Shown one piece after another: positions 48,684 to 61,293 of a DNA stretch of 64,000 nt (within the stretch, counting starts at the first letter, position 1; each line of letters starts with the position of its first letter). A program made the translations under genes and the position numbers. The stretch comes from Penicillus capitatus (taxonomy: Eukaryota > Plantae > Chlorophyta). The notes under the pieces were generated by a model, which made no database searches, was not told the origin of the DNA, and saw nothing but the letters and a program-made list of their open reading frames with translations. The stretch covers positions 1,770,081 to 1,834,080 of the forward strand of contig OZ287696.1 in the NCBI GenBank assembly GCA_965649825.1, read 5' to 3'.

Positions 48684-49187
48684 CGATGGATGCTGTGTTG
48701 CCTTCTACGATGACAGACTGTTGGAATCGAAAGGACGATTTCGAATAGATAAACGGACTTGGCCAGCTGTCTTCTCGACGTCGCGCATCCTTCTCGGGCA
48801 GCTACGGAACGCACGCAACGAAAGCTTTTGAACTTGAAGTCGACGTTTGGTGACGGCGTAACGCTCATTAGTACATTGTGGGCGGCATTAACCGGCGAGC
48901 ACTGATGTCAGTGATGTGAAGATGTGAATATCTGTGGTTTGCTGTAGTGGCTTAATGACTTGACGCAGCACAGGCGAATTCGTGTTAGATTTGGATGCCA
49001 TCTCTTTCAGATCAGAGCGTGCAGTTGTGCGATCGTCACACAGAATGTTTAGCGCCCACGCAGTAGAGGGGTTATTAAACAACGACATGAAACTGAGTTT
49101 CAATTCATGGTATAACAGAGTTCATACGAATGAGATTCCCCGATACGTTAGAAAAGACGAAAGGCGTAAAATGAACAATGGAGTGGA

Positions 49188-49664
49188 CTAATATTCAGAA
49201 TCGCCATTCTCCGATGACCATGTTGTCGAGGATCCAGTCATGCAGAGCGCAAACAAGACAAGTGCCACAAGAACGCCATAGAGAATGCCAGCAATGCTGC
49301 TGGCTCTACCGGCCCATCTTTCATGTGCCTTGTTTGAACTCATGCCGAGCATGCCGCAGATGAGGAACAATGGCGAGAGGAAGATGCCCATAAAGAAGAA
49401 CATAGCGTAGATACTGCAAAATGGTTCGTTGTCGGTGTTTGCCGACTGCAAATGCAAAGTGGCCATGTTCGTCACTGGCGTGACCACTGCTGAAACGGGC
49501 TGTGGAGCTGCCAACGCAGACTTGCGGTTTTCATGAAGCAACGGTTCCTGTTCCACCTTGCCGGAGACATAGCCTGCGTCCTAGGTATGACGCACGTCAG
49601 TAACGAGGTTCGGAAAATGCACCGCACGACTTACGTAAGCTTTTGCTTCTTGTCCTTCACCCAT
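49188..49664 (-). CDS. Small 2-TM protein, paralogue B (2 exons)
   Basis: MGEGQEAKAY|DAGYVSGKVEQEPLL; 54-nt intron 49581-49634 (GTAAGT..CTGAC..CTAG); EPFCS-TM-HERWAGRAS-TM. Confidence 0.82.
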
Positions 49665-49890
49665 GGTATTTCTTCGAGGCTTCTGGAAATAGCGAACGTT
49701 TAGCAACAATCAATCAACAAACAGAACTCGCGGTCAAATGCACAACGTCATTACTTTTATGATGCCCGTCAATAATAATAGTATTGCGTTCTGAATGTTC
49801 ACGGTTCTTTTCGTATTGAATTGCCCCTTCTAGACACATTCTCGCCTTTTCTGACCGTTCTCGTATCGAGAGCGTGTGACAGTTACGAAG

Positions 49891-52800
49891 ATGCATCCCC
49901 GAGCCGCCGACGAAGGGTCAAGCAGTGGAGGGCCGCCGGAGAGAAGCTTTGTTTCCGAAAAATCTTCTTCCCTTACTGAATTTGACAAAGCCAAAATGTC
50001 GCGTAAACTCTCTCGCATGCACAGCATCGTGGACACGCCTTCGTTAGTCAAAGCCTATAACGACGAGCCCGAAAAAACGAAACAACAGATTCTGGCTGAA
50101 TGGATCTACCGTTACAGAGAAATCCAAGACAAAAGCCAAATCTCAGATGCTATCCGTGAGCTCGCAGAGCTGACGAAAATCAAACCGCGTGCCGATCAGG
50201 ACTTAAGTCTTCTCAGATTCATCTTCGGCGAGATCCGTGATCGCTTGAAGCCAAGGGGATATCCCGAAAAGAATGTCGGCAAAGCGCTTTACGAAGCACT
50301 TCTCTGGACGCATCCAGATCACTTCCTGAATGAATCGCTGACGAAGATGACTCAAAACGTTCTGTCGAGTCTGTCATCGAGTCCACAAATGTACAACACC
50401 ATCTTTGAGGACTACGAAGCCACTTTCCTGTCACTGAGACAAGCGATTGTCAGATTGCGTGATCTATCGCATGCAGAGGTGTCGTGGACCGACTGGCAAG
50501 CCCTTCGAAAAACGGTTAAGGAGAAGAGACAGACGCTGATGAGCTCATTCAAATACTATCCAGTCTCTTTCCACTTCAATATTATTGAAAAAGGCATCGA
50601 ATGCCTCGACGTCACAGATCTTCCATTTGTCGCACAGTTATTGAACTGTGCTAGCTGCGATTCGTGCAGTCTGATGAAACTGGTCCGAGGTTCCAGTTCA
50701 TCAAATGCGCACGGGGATGCGTCGTTCTCGAGAAGAGGGATGGGTGCAAACTCCGCACAGTGGTACCAGCTGTACTGCGAGTTGGAAGATGCCAGACTGA
50801 AAACACTGAGAAACAAAACAGACGCCGTGAAGTTTCTTCGCAAATATGATGAACTGAAAAAGAGACAGGAAACGATCGTCAAAGGCGAAAGTCGGACTGC
50901 ATTGAGATTTGGCATTATCCACGAACTATGTCAGCTTTCACTCCACGGAACCGACGACGTTCGACAAGAAACAACAATGAAGCTGCTTGAGCTTTCAAGC
51001 ACTGATGTCAGGAACAACGATTGGATAAACGAAAGGGTCATCTTCGAAGCGCTTCTTGAAGCGGTGTATCGTGTGCACAAGAAAGGAAATCTGAGGAGAG
51101 AAACGGCGGAGGCATTGCGTGAGATGACTAAGATGGAATCGCCCTTGCAGCAAGAAGTCGTAGTCGAGTGGCTGGGTAGTGTGACTGTTGAAGACAAGCT
51201 CAGAATGCAAGACGACGAAATGACGGCAACGTGGCAACGGAACCTTCTGTTCAATGCCATTGCACGACAGGTGGGGTACATTCCATTTGCCGTAATCCGC
51301 AAAAATATCGAAGGATTGAAAAAAGCATACACGTCAGACTCCTTTACGACAGTACGTGCTGATGAGTAGAGAGGTCGGGACTAAAGAGTTCGTTTGTTGA
51401 TGCAGGTGCAACCCGTGTTTGATCGCGAGTCCTATGCACAAATTAACGATATGCAACATTACATTGTCCATTACGATAAGATCGAAGACCATGGCGAAGA
51501 TGGTCAACCTAGATGTGCTGCACATGAGAACCACCATGCCACAGAGGACTATGACCGAAGAGAGAGGCCTCACAGAGAGATAGCCCTCGAGGACTTGTTC
51601 GGAGACCGCAAGCCTGAGTCGGGTGGTAGAAGTGCGGAGAGACGGAAAGTCTTGCTGTACGGAAACCCAGGCAGCGGAAAGACATGTATCGGAAAAGTGA
51701 TAGGCTACAAATGGGCAAACAACAGGTTTAAGGATGACGTGGATGTTGTTTACGTCGTCCCCGTCATCAAACTTAACAGTTCTAATCTCGAAAGGCAAGA
51801 ATGGAAGACGCTCGCGGAGGCTGTGACCAACATATGCTATTCGCATCAAAACAAGCCAATCACTGACAATCTTTTGACACAAGTGGATGACGATCTTGAC
51901 GACTTACGCACCTTGCTCGTGCTCGACGGAGTTGATGAAGGCGATGAAAAAGGAAAGGATATGATCACGTTGGCCAAAAAACGTCAGTGCAAGATTCTTA
52001 TGTTGAGTCGTCCGTACAACCTATTCGATGAGAAGGCATTCACCGAATTGGAGGTGGAATGCCTTGGCTTTAGAGAAGAGCAGCTCAAAGCGTATATAAA
52101 CAAAGAGTTGCCGAAGGAAGGAAAAAAACTCATTGAGCGTGCGAAGAAAGAAAAGGATATGTGGAGATCCATGCACAACCCCGTGAAGGCATGCATCGTT
52201 TGTTTACTGTGGAAGGAAGGAGAGCCGGCGCTTGTTGATGAAGATCGAAAGACAAGCGATTTCGCAATGTATGGAAGAATATCTAACTTCATGTGGTCGC
52301 GTTTTGCAAAAAGGCCGAATATGGGCGAGGTGTCTAGAGACGATATTTTCCAGCGTCTCGAGTCGATTGCTTTTGAGGCTTTTAGGAAAAAAACAACTCT
52401 CGTCAATCAAACTCTTGTCGAAGAACATGCTTCGACGGCATTCATAAGGGAAATACTAAGAGATAGTGGTTTCTTGTTGTACAACATCGAAAAGATGCAG
52501 TATCAATTTCCGCATAAACATGTCCAAGAGTACTTCGTTGGAAGATACGTTGCCCGAACTCTTGAAGGAGAAACGGTGAAAGATCAAACGTCGGTGGCGT
52601 TTTTGACAAACGGAAAGTACACAGCGGATAATAGAGACGTGATTTCTTTTATGACTCAAGCCATCGCACAAAGCCGGCGAGGTATTGGACTCCAGAAACT
52701 GTTTTCGTTTATCGATCAGGAACCACGAGAGATCATCGGAGTCCGACACTTTCTACTAAAGCTTTGTCTTCTTGACAAATTTCTAGCGGGATTGTGGAGA

Positions 52801-53970
52801 TCGGAAATCGATGAGACCACAAGCAATGACGCAGCATCCCAGATCATTCACACGTTGACCCTCATCATCAAGGAATTGAAACCTGGTAACGACCTGTGGA
52901 ATATCATCATCACTAAACTGAGAGAATATCCAAACGTCTTGAGACAATATCACGACGAAGTGATCGGTGCTCTGACCGAAGAGTCTAAGCTCCAAGAGGT
53001 GGTGGATGCGGATTGTTTTGAAGATATCGTAATGTTGACGATATTTTGCCCAAGACATACGGCCGATTTGGTGGACGCGGCACGAGAGAAACTTGAAGAC
53101 CAATCAAACCCAAGGATCCGTTTAGCAGGCCTGTGTATGGTAAGGGATATCCTTGGACATCATCAAGACCGTGCCAGAGATTTGGTTCCGATGTTGAGGA
53201 AAGGGTGCGAGGACAGCGAGAGAGATAACCGCAGAATGACGATGTTCTTTGTCCGAAGAGTGTGCGCACTAACGCATAACGTTTCTGGCGGTCTCTTGGA
53301 GGTGCTCAAGAGCGGATTCCAAGACGAAGACGCGTCCGTGAGAATCGCCGCAATGATGACAGTCAAGTGTTTGGCAGTGCACATTGAAGGTGTATCCGAA
53401 GAACTTTTCTCACTGATAAAAGAAGGATGCAAAAGTACGAACAAGGACATGCAAATCATAGCCCTCAGAACGCTCGGGTATCTCCGGTCGGAAGATAAGG
53501 ATCCAAAGAAGTTTGACGAATTGATTGAAGAGGCAGAAAAAAATGAGGACGAGAAAGTGAAAAGCGCAGCAGAATCAAGTAAGAAACCAAAGGACAAGAA
53601 GCGCATGTGCGAATGTAAGGAAGAGACGAAGGATCTGTCTGACGATACACAGAAGATGATTGAAAACTTATGCAAAAAGGAGAAAACAAAGCCTCGCGAA
53701 GCTTCGACCGTCAATGATTTGACAGATCTCTGGCAGAAAGCTGTGGAAGCAGAAAAGGAATTTGATGTCGGAGAACTCGTGCCACACCTGATCCAGTTAC
53801 CTGTTACGGTGGAGCAAACTTCGAAGAAACAGCAGCAAAAGCCAGTGGTGCACACCGATGGTTCGGATGCAATGCAACTTTGTGACCGTAACACAGTGAA
53901 CAACCTTATCACCGCGATCGAGGAGCGTTTCGAAAAGATGTATCCTGGCATTCTGAATCTTCTACGCTAG
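49891..53970 (+). CDS. ~1340-aa STAND NTPase: helical N-terminal domain + NACHT + HEAT-like repeats (2 exons)
   Basis: Intron 51352-51405 joins two long ORFs in frame. Walker A YGNPGSGKT, Walker B LLVLDGVDE, LSRP, VECLGF, winged-helix YQFPHKHVQEYF; ~40-aa repeats of type D...VR.AA..L. Confidence 0.9.
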
Positions 53971-54795
53971 GCGTGAGCACGCACCATCTAGTTTATTCTC
54001 AGCTAGGAACGCCATTCAGAAACACCCGTCCTTATCTGCTCTGCCCGTTTTCTTCACCCGATTAACCTTGTCTGAACATCTCAAAACTGTTACCCCATTT
54101 GCTATGTTTGACAGTTACCTTTCTTAGTGGACAGTGATTTAGGCCAGTTTTATCATGGGCACTAAGGGTGAAAGTGCAGAGTTTGTAAACACAGTCTTTT
54201 CTCCGATGGATGTCGAAACGCTAACAACGGTAGTATTTTGCTCTGTAAGTGGCGTTGACCGACATTTGTTGGAAATCTCATCTCTCTTCTCGATCCGATC
54301 CCGAATTGAATACAGGAAAGATCCTTAGCACACCATTACTGCCGCTGCAGTCTGATGGTGAAGATTGCCATGTAGAGAAGAGGTCGTTGGCTCGATATAT
54401 TCTCAACTCCACTAAACGGTTCGATAAATGTTAGTAAAGAACAGCCACTTCTTCCGACCATTATACTCGAGATTGTCTTAGGGAAAACAATCTCTTCCGT
54501 CAGCTCTTTACAAAGATTAGTTGCGTTTGTCAACCCGAATCCGCGACGTAAACTGCCTGCAAACCTGGATACCTTGAGCAAGACCCTTCAGAGCAACAAA
54601 CAGTTATGCGATCGATCGTACGGCATACAGAAAAGTATTGTAAAGAGGCACCGGATAATGACTGACACTGTGAATAAACCCAGAAGATCCAACCGTTTGA
54701 AGGATTAGAGTTTATCGGAATCGATTGAGACATCTCATCGAACAAGTGAAATAACCCAGCACAAGGCAGATTAAAGCAAGTCGAAAAACAAACAA

Positions 54796-56113
54796 TTAAT
54801 TGGGAGGCACGAAGGAGAGGCCTGCGTTCATCAACACGTCCACATATCCGAATTCTACAAACTCCGAACAGAAAAAGAGATGACCCAATAAGGTAACGGT
54901 GGAAACGGCGTAAATCTGCCAGAATAGCTTCGGAATGCTTTTGGAAAATGCAAGTCCTCCTTTCTGCTTGGAGACAAAGAATTTGACGACGTCCTCGAGG
55001 ACGATGACGAGGCCATTGGCCACAAAGAAGAATCCGTGTGAGGGGCAGACTCGAAACGGAGATATGAACATGAGAATGCCCATGTGAAAGAAGCAGCTGG
55101 CCGCGAACGCTGCGATAAGCGCCATGGATTTGCGCAGTCCCGATGGCTTCTTCCTCTCGAAGTACTGCGATCCGCGCACCCAGCAACCTGTCCAGATTCG
55201 TAAGTAACACATGGCGTAACCAGAAGAGGCCTTACCTTCATAGATCGGTTCGTAACTCAGACTTCGCAGTATTTCAGAGACAACCATGTTATACCGACGA
55301 GACCAGAGTTCTCTAACAGATTGGGAGAGCCATGGACGGTCGAAGTTGTGGTTTATCTTCACATTGGCTGTAAGCAGCAAGACCAGACCGATTGTATCTT
55401 CGATTGCAGACCCGTATGCATAAACGAACCATCCGATGCACACGTTTCGCATAAAAATCTGTCCAGATAAGTGAAAGTATTGTGCACTGTGCCTCAAAGT
55501 CAACATCAACATGATCTAATGATGCAGGCATGAATGAATTGGAAGCAAAGGGAAGGAGAAATTGATGTACTTTCCCGATCGTCTGGAAAAGCAGCATTGT
55601 CACTCGCATCCAGCGCTCAGTCTTTTCGAAGCGAAGAACAGAGAAGCGAGCATCTTTATAGGCATGCGGCTCAGTCGCCTTCTCCTCGTTCTTACCCGTC
55701 ACCTTCTTTTCATCGAAGGCGACCGATACCGGGAAGAGTAGACTGAGAACAAAAGCGAGTGTGCTCTTGCTGTCGTACGCCTTGACGATCGGTCCCCGAT
55801 TCATGCAAAAGCAGATGATCTTTGACGGTGCCATGCAGAGAAACGTAGCAATGCTGTATACGGATGTTGTGGCTTCCTCATTCTTCTGTGCGTCGAACAA
55901 GATGCACATGATTGCCAGGATTGGAGCCAGAATCATGGCTCGCACTCCTCGCGACCAACCAGGACGTGCCGGTGCCACCACATAGCGCATCCAGTAGTAC
56001 AGGACAAAGTGTCCAGCGACGAAAACATAGAAGCGTGTCGAGAGGTCTAGATTGAGTTCGGCGACCTTTGCCATGATGCCCTCCATAAGAGCGCTCCATC
56101 CCGCGGTTTCCAT
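54796..56113 (-). CDS. MBOAT wax-synthase-like protein, copy 2
   Basis: Same three-exon structure and motifs as copy 1; frames intact across both introns. Confidence 0.88.
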
Positions 56114-56699
56114 CAGAACAAACACTGCGACTCAGGTTGTAGTCCGCCCACTGTCCAGAGTTTCCTGTTCTTGTTCAGCTGTGCCTCGCGCACTCCCCTG
56201 ACGACAGAGAGACGCAGACAGCGATGGCAGCGAAGGTGGCTCGCAAGATACAAGACGCGAATGATTGGTGCTGCGTGTATATTAGTCACCCCTCGTGTTG
56301 ATGGGACGTCGATGGATTGAAGCCATCGACCGCTTCAATAGACGATCTATTGTCACCTTCTATGGAGCTCTGCTGCTCAAAATCGTGTTCTGGGTACACG
56401 TCGCTGTTATCGCACGGAGTATGTTTTTTTGTCTGGCTCTGAAGCGACGCGGGCTTGGAATTGCGATCAAGGAAAGCCAAGATAGACGGAGGCGAAGCGC
56501 AACAAGCCTCATTGACGGTTTAAGAAAACCTCGGACGGACGACCGCCCCATCGGACTGTATAGTCAAAGGGAATCAACGCCGTCCATGACGCTATTGAGT
56601 ATCTTTCTATCTGTCTCGGACGGACGTTAACACTCGCCCCTCATCGACATTTCAAAGAGTGAGACTCGACAGATGAAACAGTAATTGGCACGAGAGGGT

Positions 56700-57300
56700 G
56701 GATGTGCAGAACATATCAATGTAAATACCCAGATGTTTGTGTTCGTGTGCAAATACTCGCGGCAGTATTTTATCCGAAATCGGCATTGTGATGTATGTGT
56801 CTACGTAATGCTTGAGTTCTTGCCATAGGGCTTTCGAGGTTCATGTCTCCGGGGCTGCGTTCACTGTGCAGAGCTCTCCTAGGTTAATGAGATCGAGAAG
56901 GTGTTCGCCGCAGTACAGAACGTGCTTGTAACAGAAAATGTTAGCTGCTTAAGCAACTGCTGTGCGCACGTGGCCATGGGCGGTTCCCGAATCTTCAGAC
57001 CGAGGTGCATTAAGATGCATCGTTCGCGGTTAGCTTTGCATAGACACGTGCGCTAAAGGTGAGGGGTTCGAGCAAAACGCCAAACTTCTTGCGAGAGAAG
57101 TAAGTTAGGGAAATATGGTTGGCAAAACATTAACTATTGTAGCCATCAAAAGACGCATATTCTTCTGTAACATCTCTCATTTTTGAGTTGCATTCAAGTG
57201 TTTTCTGTTGCTACTGTTCGCGTCGCATCGACTCTGACATGTGTTAAGTGCACTAAAAGATACCCGACAGAAGGTGTCTCGAGTACTTATTGCAGAAGGT
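56700..57300 (-). mobile_element. Possible hAT-like transposase remnant
   Basis: SFDGY, TANDAS and YCGEHLLDLI (CxxH) appear in DDE order but are broken by stops; spacing is short. Confidence 0.3.
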
Positions 57301-57599
57301 CAATATCGGCTGAGAGGAACAGGTTTCATCATGACTGTGAATTAAGAAACGTGTTCGAATATTCAGTCAGCGTTCTTTTTCTGAACTTCGAATAACTCGT
57401 GGAAATGCTAACTTTAAGGCTTCTAGTTGCGATAGGAATAACATTTACAGCACGAGAACTTTGCCGAGAACGGATTTAGAAGTGAGGGTTGAATTCTAGC
57501 GTTATTTCAGAAAAATGTGGACAGAATTCAAGGCCTTTTTTCGAACATATGTATGTGCTTGAAAGGTGAGTGAAGAGTGATTCGACTAAAACTTCGAGC

Positions 57600-58750
57600 C
57601 GCATGACTAAGACGCATGATAAACAAGGTGTGCTTCTGCCTACAGGTCCTGTTCAAGTAGCTACGATGACATGGATGGACTTTAAACCCGTTGAAGGCGA
57701 GATTTGAAACGTCCGAAGTAGATTCCCTCTGCCGTCGTTTCATTGCTGAATGAATCGAATTGGACTCGGGTCTCGTCACGAAATTGGACGAGCTCTCATT
57801 ATGTCGAGCAACAAACAACAACAAGCGCTCATTCTTCTACCTTTAATTCGACTTGACAGGTTCGCTTGGAAACTCAGAGACTCGACAGTGAACAGGGGCC
57901 TTTGTTGAAAAGGCTCCAACAGATTTTGACACTCCCAAATTCAGGGAGACGTGGAATTAAGTTATCAAAGAGGTTGCAGAACGGATTGTGAAGTAAGATA
58001 TTTATGCGAAGATGAAGACCTCGAGATTGAACTCGACGCATCAAGAGACGGATATGGAGCGGTTTTGATGAGTGTCAGACGGCCCATTGCTTTCTTTAGC
58101 CGAAGAGCTACAAAACAATAGAAGCACACTTCAGATTTAGAAATCGGCGTAGTACTGAAGGCTCTTCAAGCGTTCCAGATTTTTATCGCATATCGACCAG
58201 TCAAGATGCAGACTGACAATTGGTCCGCATACCGCATTGCAATTTTGTTGAAAAGCGGAGCGTCCCTTCTGAATCGCATCGAAGAGGTTCTTTATTTCAA
58301 TTCAAATGTCAAATTCATTGCGGGAATACAACACCTTAGCGAATTTCTCCAGCAGAGACTTGTATATTGCTACAGTTTGGTATCGAAGGCAGGAGAGGCC
58401 ATTATGACTAAATAGACACAATTGATCAGGATATCGAGCGTGTTGAGCTTTTATAAGTACGAAAAAGAGCATGTGGTTATTGTGCCATTAGAGCAATGTT
58501 TTGTTGAAGGAACTCAAATGCAAAAGAATGGGAAGAGAAGTGATGATGTTGATAGTTGCGACGCGTGCAAGAGATGACGAAAAAAAAAACCTCGGGGAGA
58601 ACTTCTTGGTCAACGAAAGGCTGCCGAGATCTGTGCTGTGGTTAGCCTAGACTTCAAAGGGCGGAAAAAGCCACCAAGGGACGCTAATCGAAACACTTAA
58701 GTGTAACAGCAGACAGACTTAACCGATTGATGAAATCCATCCCGATGGAG
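57600..58750 (+). mobile_element. Degenerate Ty3/Gypsy pol remnant (RT-RNase H-IN)
   Basis: ELDASRDGYGAVL..RPIAFFSR..DLEI..LKAL..F..MQTDN (58025-58220); MDFKPV/RFPLPS upstream; CDAC and VVSLDFKG downstream. Confidence 0.78.
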
Positions 58751-59989
58751 ACCTGTTCGACTGCCGAAGTGCAGGTGGTGAAAATATGGGAAGATAGAAT
58801 ACTTCCTACGTGATGCATAATAAAGTTCTTAAGTCGAGAGCTTAAACTTGTGTTAAAAAGACATCAATTACCAGATAGCAGCGCCATGTCATCAAAGCAG
58901 TAATGGATTGGTGGAGAGAGCGATACATAGTCTTATAACCTTATCCAAAAAATGTGTGTCGGCAGACAGCGATCTTAGGCAGCCTTTAAAAAGCATGAGA
59001 CTTTTAACGAAACACCTTACGAAATTACCTCATTCTCAACGAATGCGCTACGCTACAGAAATTCTTAAAGGGGCAGGATAAGTGAAGAGGAACTTCAGAA
59101 GGCAAGAAAGGCTGCAGGTTTGAAGACAAGAATCCCGCCGAGAAATACGGCAACGTAGACGGCAGAAAGATATTATGTCAAAATGATGATGTCTGTGACG
59201 GAAGCTCAAAACCAAAACCGCGTGTACGTGAGAAGTCACAGAAGATGTGACTCTTACTGCGAAAGCTGTATTGGATGTCGGTGACTGTATCTCGCGTTTC
59301 CTCTTCTGCATCAAGTACGAACGTTTTTATCGTATCGCTAACGCAGACTTCGCTGGTTTACGCAGCGACGCTCCTCAAAGCATCGCCTTTTTCGTGGGCG
59401 GCAGAAGCAGCTAGTATTTGCGCTGCGAACGCCATACTAAGCAAAGGCCGTAAAGATACCGGTTCCCAATTCGAGAACCAGAACGTTTTCCGTTAACCTT
59501 TTCGCTAAACAGAAGAAGATCACAGCGTCGGCAGAAAGAACTCAGAGCTTGCCGGAAATTCTGACAGTTCTTACGGTGCCTAGGGTGGACGATTTCGAGC
59601 AGAACCGTCGCTGACAACCGAAGTCTATGACGCTTCTTCGGTCAGCATTTCTACAGGGTGGACACGATTGCATCAGACAACTGGGCTTCCTAGTATTGTA
59701 GAGACTTCTGAACCGAAGAAAGTCAACAAGGCATGGATGAGCGAGCTGTACTGCGTGTCTCGATATTCCTCGCGAGATGCAACGAATGGCATAGAAGCCT
59801 CGATCCAGCTCATTATGCAGGACAATAGCCACAGAGTTCGGCCACGTGTCTTCGAGCCGCGGCAGGCATGTGAAGAAGCGTGCTATTCTTAACACAACGT
59901 CAGTATAAATCTGAGGTCGTTGTTCGCTTTTCTGATTTTTGTTTGTCGTTGTTGTTGTTCCGACCATCCGAGGTCACAAAACATCCATC

Positions 59990-60336
59990 ATGGCGCGTGG
60001 GTTGCGTTCTTGTGTCCTGCTTGTGTTGGCAGCAATTATTATCTCATGTGTGTCAGCTCGCCGTAAGCTACCTCTCTTGCCTCGAGGGAACTTACGAACT
60101 TTCGTTGTCTGCATGCAGTCCAGAACGACATGCTTGCAACGAAGCGCATTGAGGATGGCACCAATGGCCACGAATACGGCCATGGCGCAGTTGACGCCGA
60201 CTGGAATCATATCGGCGAACCGGGACGTTTGCTTAAGAAAGACTATGAAGGACCTCCGAAAGAAGATCCGGGCAGACGCCTTCTTATGGAGCCACATTGC
60301 GAGGATGGAAGCCTTCCTGATCCTGTCTGCCCGTAA
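59990..60336 (+). CDS. 96-aa secreted prepropeptide-like protein (2 exons)
   Basis: Signal peptide MARGLRSCVLLVLAAIIISCVSA. 56-nt intron 60063-60118 (GTAAG..GCAG) joins in frame to ..TKR..EPGRLLKK..DPGRRLL..CEDGSLPDPVCP*. Confidence 0.72.
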
Positions 60337-61293
60337 CTTGTCGCCAATGTCTAAGCCGACTCGTGGCGGGGCGTCAAGCAGTATTTGCCATACTTTGTTT
60401 GAACCGAGCAGTATTTCATGAAGAGTCCATTTGTTTGTTCAGTGTTTTGCGCAACGTAAACGATGTTTCGCTTTTATGTGTTGCAAGTGGGTCAGTCTCA
60501 GGAAGAAGAACGTCACATCGATTTCTGCCACATCCCATGCTGTAGAAGCGCTATGTTCGCTTCTGGTTTTTTTTTTTCTTTGCGACAACAGACAACCTAG
60601 CATTATTTTTGGGAACATCCATTGCCTTTAACAACAGTTGCGACGAAATCGAATTCCGCGTTCGCGAGAATGACTGCCTCCAACGATCGACGTCTACAAA
60701 ATTCGCGATTCAAGACGTATGCGACCTTCTCGTTGTCACGCCGCACGCGTATCCGAATTCATAGACAACAAGAGAATAGGGTCTGCCAAATCCGAAGATA
60801 TGAACGGATGAAAGCTTAGAAGCGCTGTTAGGCGGACGACGTCGTTAGGACATCTCTGCAAAAGCAACGACAGCAGAAACCTCGAAGATATCACATCCTA
60901 ACCCAAGTACTGTGTGTCTTACGAATACAGATGCTGTTGCATTTAGAGGACGCGTGATGTACAGTGACCCTCTTCCCTCTCGACCAGACATTCCGATTAG
61001 ACATAGAACGAAACAGAATGCTCAAATATCATCCACATGCGTCTGGAGGCCTCTGCTAAGTGTTCTAACCTTCTGGTCTACCACAAGCATTCATCTCGGG
61101 CGGTCTACAGAATCTGTGATCTGTGTGCATTCGCAAGGATGGACGCATAGAAGAGGTAGCATGAGAGACCATCCGGCGATCTCTTGTAGATGCCGGGATT
61201 AACCTGCTTGCGGGTCGATCGAACGTGCACCTCATCAACAAGTGTACCCCAACATGAAGACAGGTTCAAAAAAGTTGCTGAACTGATAAACAA

